Source of the DNA: the human T2T-CHM13v2.0 reference genome, Homo sapiens
Length of the DNA stretch: 64,000 bases
Reading direction: 5' to 3' (one strand)
NCBI RefSeq assembly: GCF_009914755.1
Contig: NC_060930.1
The position numbers and the translations under genes are program-made. Numbering within the stretch: the stretch's first letter is position 1; every line of letters begins with the position of its first letter. The notes beneath the pieces are model-generated. The model made no database searches. It worked only from the letters and a program-made list of their open reading frames with translations, and had not been told where the DNA came from. Below are positions 58,381-64,000 of this stretch, piece by piece.

Positions 58381-60971
58381 TTAGTAAACTAGCAGTGCTT
58401 TGGATTCAGACAAGGTAGGGCATGTCTAGAAGACTGGAGACAGGCCTACCTCATTCACCATAGGATAAAGAGAGGCCTACCTTAGCCACTACAGGGAGGA
58501 GAAACCTCTTTGGAAGTGCTCAATCCAAGGAAAGAAAACATCAAGACATGTTTTAACTTTGGTGAAAGGAGTGTGTGGACCAGTGTCTTAAAAGAGAAGG
58601 GACTTTTGAGAATTCAAAATGTTATCATTCATGTTGTATTCTGATGCAGCCTCTATTGGACTGGGCTCTGGGGGGTAAGAGACATCCAATTAAACTTGAG
58701 TGAAAACTAAAGGAACTATAAATCAAATATCAGCTGCATTGACACCAATAGCTTTTACAGTGACAGCAGACAGCATCTGTGTCTCTGCAGGGATGGCAGA
58801 TGGCACCCCTGTGACACAGCACAGTTAGCAGATTCACACTGTCAGCACAGGGATGGACAGCACCTGCATGGGTGTTAAGGACACTGACAGGAGTGAGCAG
58901 AGCACCAGAGGTGCCTGCAATACCAGGCCTGAGGAACAGGCAGCAAGAGGAAATAGAGAATGCCAGGAACAGCTGAGACGATGCCCATCCTCTGCCATGA
59001 AATGCCCGATTGACGCCACTGGGATGTTCAGAAATGTTTGTTGATAATTTGAGGAGGAATGAATGTTTACAGGTTAGGTCTGGAGGGAGGGAGGGAGGGA
59101 AATTGTGATTTGCCTATTGCTCTTCCTTCCTCTCCCTTTCCCCTAGGTTGGTATATCCTAGGAAACATAAATTAATAAAGAGAAGCTGATTAGGGCTGGC
59201 ATATTCCCTCTCTGCAGTTTCAGCACCGGAGGCTTTACATCCTGTTCTGGGATCCACGATGTCTTGAAATCAGGAAACCTAATTTACTCCCTCACTCCAG
59301 ATAAATGCAGCCTTTTATTGAAAGAAAAATCCTCTGATTATCACAACTAGTAAAAAAAAGTTTTTCTGACAACCTCCTTTGTTTACCTGCAGAAAAATTG
59401 AACAGGTTCTTTGGTTAAGCAAAATATGCACATACAAACAAAACATATACACAATGGGCAAATGTATAATCATTTATACTAATAACCTTTCCAAAGTCAT
59501 AATTTTCCAACTTCTTTTCTGCTTGAACTTACTTGTGTTGTTCATTTGAGTTCTAATGTGTAGACACCCTCCTCTCCCCACAATTGAGAATCTCACCAAA
59601 TTGAATTCCCTCTTTGCCACACTACTCTTTTTTTTTTTTTTTACCTAAATGTGATCCCCTTTCAAGTTTTCATTTTATCCCAGAGCCCAGTGTTTAGCCC
59701 CATGCACATCCCGTTTCATTCTTATCAATGTTAGTATACTCTCAGCCTGGGGAGCTTGATAACTTCTCCCAGAAGCCTTGGCTATGTTAGCTGAGAGAGT
59801 CTATAAATTCTCCCAGCTCGAGAAATTGGTCAGGTGCACTCTATTCACCAAGCTTGTCAAGCCCTGTCAGAGTTGGCAAATCAGAAACTGTAGGCACATT
59901 CAACTTTAACTTACAAAAGGCAAACAGCTGCATATTCCCTGATTCTGTCAGCTCAGAATGTTTCTGGAAATAACAAAAAAAGAATTTTATCTTGAAATTT
60001 GGCAAGGCAAGTAAACACACTGGTGCTCACCTGAAATTTCCCCCTTCCCTTCCCAGGGGAGTAAACATGCTCTCCTTACAAGTCACCTAAATTTTAAAGA
60101 ATAAATTACCTTTTTTTCAATATCTTATGTTTCTTCTCCATGATTTTGCCATCAGACAATGAAGTCAATGACTCAAGGGTATCAGTCTTACCTATTATTA
60201 ATTGTTCGTTATATTTGACACTCTATATCACTGGTTGAAAGTGATGGCTTCTCCTTTCATCCCAATAAATCATCCCTCAGTATTAAGCCCTTTGGGTTTG
60301 ACAGCATGCAGAATTAGAATGCTGTGGTGGGAGGTTCAGGAAGCTCAGAGACAGTGGATGCCTTTGGCTCTGTCAGCTAAGCCCTACAGTCCGAGGAATA
60401 CTCTATCCTTTGCTATGGCTGCTTTTTATGTGGTACTTCTTTATTTTTTACCTGCTAAAAAACTAAGCAGACTGCTATCAGAAAGGAGTGAGTGAGAGAG
60501 AGAGAGAACATCAAATTTGGTTCTTGGGATTTTATGATGTGGTTCCTAGAAGAAATAATAGGGGTTTCTAATAAAGTTGTGGTAAGGAAGTAGTGAGTGC
60601 TAGGTGACTAGAAAGGTTGTTCTGCATTGTTGAAACTGGATCACATGTATGCTGAGAATAAGCCAAATATTAAGGTAGCTCTGTTCAATCTGATTAGACT
60701 ATATACTCAAGCATGAGCCAAAGGAAAAAGTATGAAATGAGCTGAATGTGGTGAAGTGTAGGGGTGTATGTATTGCTGATGGCTTTATGGCCCTGTTATC
60801 TAGGGAAAAGCATGTAAGAACGCTTCCTAGCAGCTTGTTCATCCTAGAGGACCATCTCTCTGGATTAATAGCTGATGTGTCAGACTCCTGAGGAAGGATG
60901 GGAAGCCTGCAGGTCCGAGAGTTCCTAAAATAGTACTCTGATTTTCCTTCTACACATATATTCTTCTAGCC

Positions 60972-61200
60972 ATGTGGATAGGTTAATAGTGCTAGCTGCT
61001 TCACCAATAACTTCCAAATGTATAAACTCACACATGATAGAAGCTTATTTTTTATTTCCTAGGAGTTGATCCTTATTGATGGATTATGCTCTCCTAAGCA
61101 AAGGCCGAGGATCCAGACCCTTTCTGGAGATGATGCCCAGGTCAATGTAGTTTGAAAAGCTCTACAGATGAATCTGATGTTCAGCTCCAGTTGGCTAACA
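60972..61200. mobile_element. Possible MLT1-type LTR fragment
   Basis: aggttaatagtgctagctgc...atagaagcttatttt...ggatccagac resembles old MLT1. Weak match. Confidence 0.4.
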
Positions 61201-62863
61201 AAAAGGCCAACGTATCCAGGAAACAGCATTTTATGTAAGAGATTTTGAAACATTTTTCTTACCATGAGTTCAAATTCTTTCAATATCAGTTATTCTATTA
61301 CAATTTATGTCTTCAGTATAGACTCTACAAACAGAACACAAAGAATGGTCTTTCTTGTCTTAAAACATGCTAATCACCCACCTCCAACATTAAATGTACA
61401 TGAGGATTCTGAACAGCTTCTCAGCTTCTCAGATGTTCACAACAACTTTTTCTGAGGATGTTGTTGATTTTTATAATTTGTCTTCTTGCCAGAGCAACAG
61501 GGATGATTTAGTTTTAACAACAGTTCCATAACTCATCATAGTTTTAGTGTTCTGCTTCACCTCAATAAGAATAAATATACTTTTAATAGCTTTTGCTGAG
61601 TTTTTATTGACATTTGATTTCATAGACAAAAATTTTTTATGGATTGAATTATGTGATCTCTCTATGTATTAAGATTTTTCAGATTTTTTTTCAGAGACTC
61701 TTGAGCAAAAGTAGTTCCAGGGTCAAACCAGGTAGGAATTACCTCTGCTAAGGAAAACTCTCACTTTAAATACAGTAAAACAGTGCTGTATCTTGCCCCA
61801 TTCTTCTAAACTTGTTCCTGAACAATCTTAGATAAAATGTGCAAAAACATCCTGCAAATAGGATTCCAAGTGTTTCCTATGCTGATAACATGAACTGCGT
61901 TTCATATTACACTAGCAATTTCAGGAATTAGCTTAGCCTTTTCAGGAAGAACATCTAAATATTAATTGTTTTAAAACCAAAATCAACATTTTAGGCAGAT
62001 GCTTTCACATAGAGGAAGGTTACATTTTATATTATATTTTATAATATTATGCAACAGGAGATTTTATTTGATAAATTGGGAGTCCATTTGATTAGTATCT
62101 TGTGAGACTGGATTCAATGCGGTTCAAAATTGTTTTTGTTTGGGTAGGTCAAAGTTCCACAATTGTAAAAGTGGTAACTTCCGTTTTCAAAATCTTCTAG
62201 GCCACTGCCATTTTATCCATATTTTAGAGAGTGATATTCAGTTAAATACACTGTGAGACATTTGATCAGCACTGGAGCTTGGAAAAAGGCTTGAATCCAA
62301 CTTGTGGGTTGGATTCAACCCACTTGAATCCTACTTTCTTTTAGATCTGCAATGAATTAAGACTGTACATCAGACCCAGCAATGGCCCTTGTAAAGCAAC
62401 GTCTTTGTTCGGTCTACTCCAGCTGTCCAAAGCCAAGCAATGAATGTTCTTTCAATCAATATCATAGAATGCTGACTCTTCAGGAATCATTAGTTGCTAC
62501 AGTTCTAATCATCATCTAATACCAACTTTTTTTGACAGCTTAGCTGGGATAACTGATCCTTAGGAGGGATAGTAAGGGACAAGTTAAGCAGTCATCTTGT
62601 AAACTTCTTGGAACTTTATGCATTAAAGCCAAATCATCAGAATGCAGCATACTTAGATCATATCACCATGTCTTGCCCTTCATTTGAATTTCTTTTAAAG
62701 GATAAAAATTTAACCTTCTATCCCCAGCTTTCACAAAGATCTGAAATTTAAAAAAAAACCGTTTGTGGAGGTTTGTTGTGGTGATTTTTTGTTAAATAGC
62801 TTTTGAGAATGTGTCCACTACACAACTCATAGTCTCCTACATAAATATCCTTAAGAAAAAGCC

Positions 62864-64000
62864 TTCTTTTCTTTTTTTTTTTTAACTTTTTTTATTTTTT
62901 ATTATACTTTAAGTTCTAGGGTACATGTGCACAATGTGCAGGTTTGTTACATATGTATACATGTGCCATGTTGGTGTGCTGCACCCATTAACTCATCATT
63001 TACATTAGGTATATCTCCTAATGCTTTCCCTCCCCCCTTCCCCTACCTCACAACAGGCCCCGGTGTGTGATGTTCCCCATCCTGTGTCCAAGTGTTCTCA
63101 TTGTTCAATTCCCACCTATGAGTGAGAACGTGCGGTGTTTGTTTTTTTGTCCTTGCGATAGCTTGCTGAGAATGATGGTTGCCAGCTTCATCCATGTCCC
63201 TACAAAGGACATGAACTCATCCTTCTTTATGGCTGCATAGTATTCCATGTAGTATTTGTGCCAAATTTTGTTAATCCAGTCTATCATTGATGGACATTTC
63301 GATTGGTTCCAAGTCTTTGCTATTGTGAATAATGCCGCAATAAACATACACGTGCATGTACCTTTATAGCAGCGTGATTTATAATCCTTTGGGTATATAC
63401 TCAGTAATGGGATGGCTCAGTCAAATGGTATTTCTAGTTCTAGATCCTCGAGGAATCGCCACACTGTCTTCCACAATGGTTGAACTAGTTTACAGTCCCA
63501 CCAACAGTGTAAAAGTGTTCCTATTTCTCCACATCCTCTCCAGCACCTGTTGTTTCCTGACTTTTTAATGATCGCCATTCTAACTGGTGTGAGATGGTAT
63601 CTCAATGTGGTTTTGATTTGCATTTCTCTGATGGCTAGTGATGATGAGCATTTTTTCATGTGTCTGTTGGGTGCATAAATGTCTTCTTTTGAGAAGTGTC
63701 TGTTTATATCCTTCACCCTTCGCCCACTTTTTGATGTGGTTGCTTGTTTTTTTCTTGTAAATTTGTTTGAGTTCTTTGTAGATTCTGGATATTAGCCCTT
63801 TGTCAGATGAGTAGATTGCAAAAATTTTCTCCCATTCTGTAGGTTGCCTGTTCACTCTGATGATAGTTTCTTTTGCTGTGCAGAAGCTCCTGAGTTTAAT
63901 TAGATCCTGTTCATCAATTTTGGTTTTTGTTACCATTGCTTTTGGTGTTTTAGACATGAAGTCCTTGCCCATGTCTATATCCTGAATGGTATTGCCTAGG
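62864..64000 (-). mobile_element. L1PA3/4-like LINE-1 3' end, runs off the window
   Basis: Poly(T) tail, 3'UTR ttattatactttaagttctagggtac and ORF2 C-terminal remnants (63105-63347, 63417-63716, 63580-63972). Confidence 0.95.

Noticed and set aside
58853-59044. 63-aa ATG ORF in unique DNA
   Set aside because: No known motif, splice context or other coding signal; length is within chance expectation.

Overview
Primate (hominid-type) genomic DNA: AT-rich, CpG-poor and dominated by transposable elements, with no supportable host protein-coding exon, rRNA, tRNA or CRISPR array. Roughly half the window is LINE-1. That includes a full-length young L1PA2-like copy (30586-36632, -), a full-length L1PA4/5-like copy with an internal deletion (38369-43906, -), a near full-length L1PA7-like copy (22485-28535, +), an L1PB1-like copy and older fragments. 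Nearly all long ORFs in the supplied track are L1, Alu or MaLR remnants. Also present are a complete THE1 MaLR element, several solo LTRs, four Alus plus one FLAM, MIR/L2 relics and DNA-transposon MITEs (MER58, MER45, MADE1, Charlie-like). Most notable observations: (1) a full-length U6 snRNA copy fused directly to about 4.5 kb of an old L1, i.e. a U6/L1 chimeric retrocopy, later invaded by a THE1 LTR and another L1; (2) a very decayed RTE-clade reverse-transcriptase fossil at about 51.9-52.8 kb that is visible only in frameshifted translation; (3) non-consensus variants shared by two neighbouring L1s of different age; (4) several locally templated insertions or duplications; (5) an unexplained inverted-repeat pair at 57.3-57.7 kb; (6) an E-box/TGACAG cluster with an adjacent G4 motif at 58.7-59.1 kb. 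I see no evidence of a wholly new biological system. Subfamily names come from recalled consensus sequences and need RepeatMasker/Dfam confirmation.
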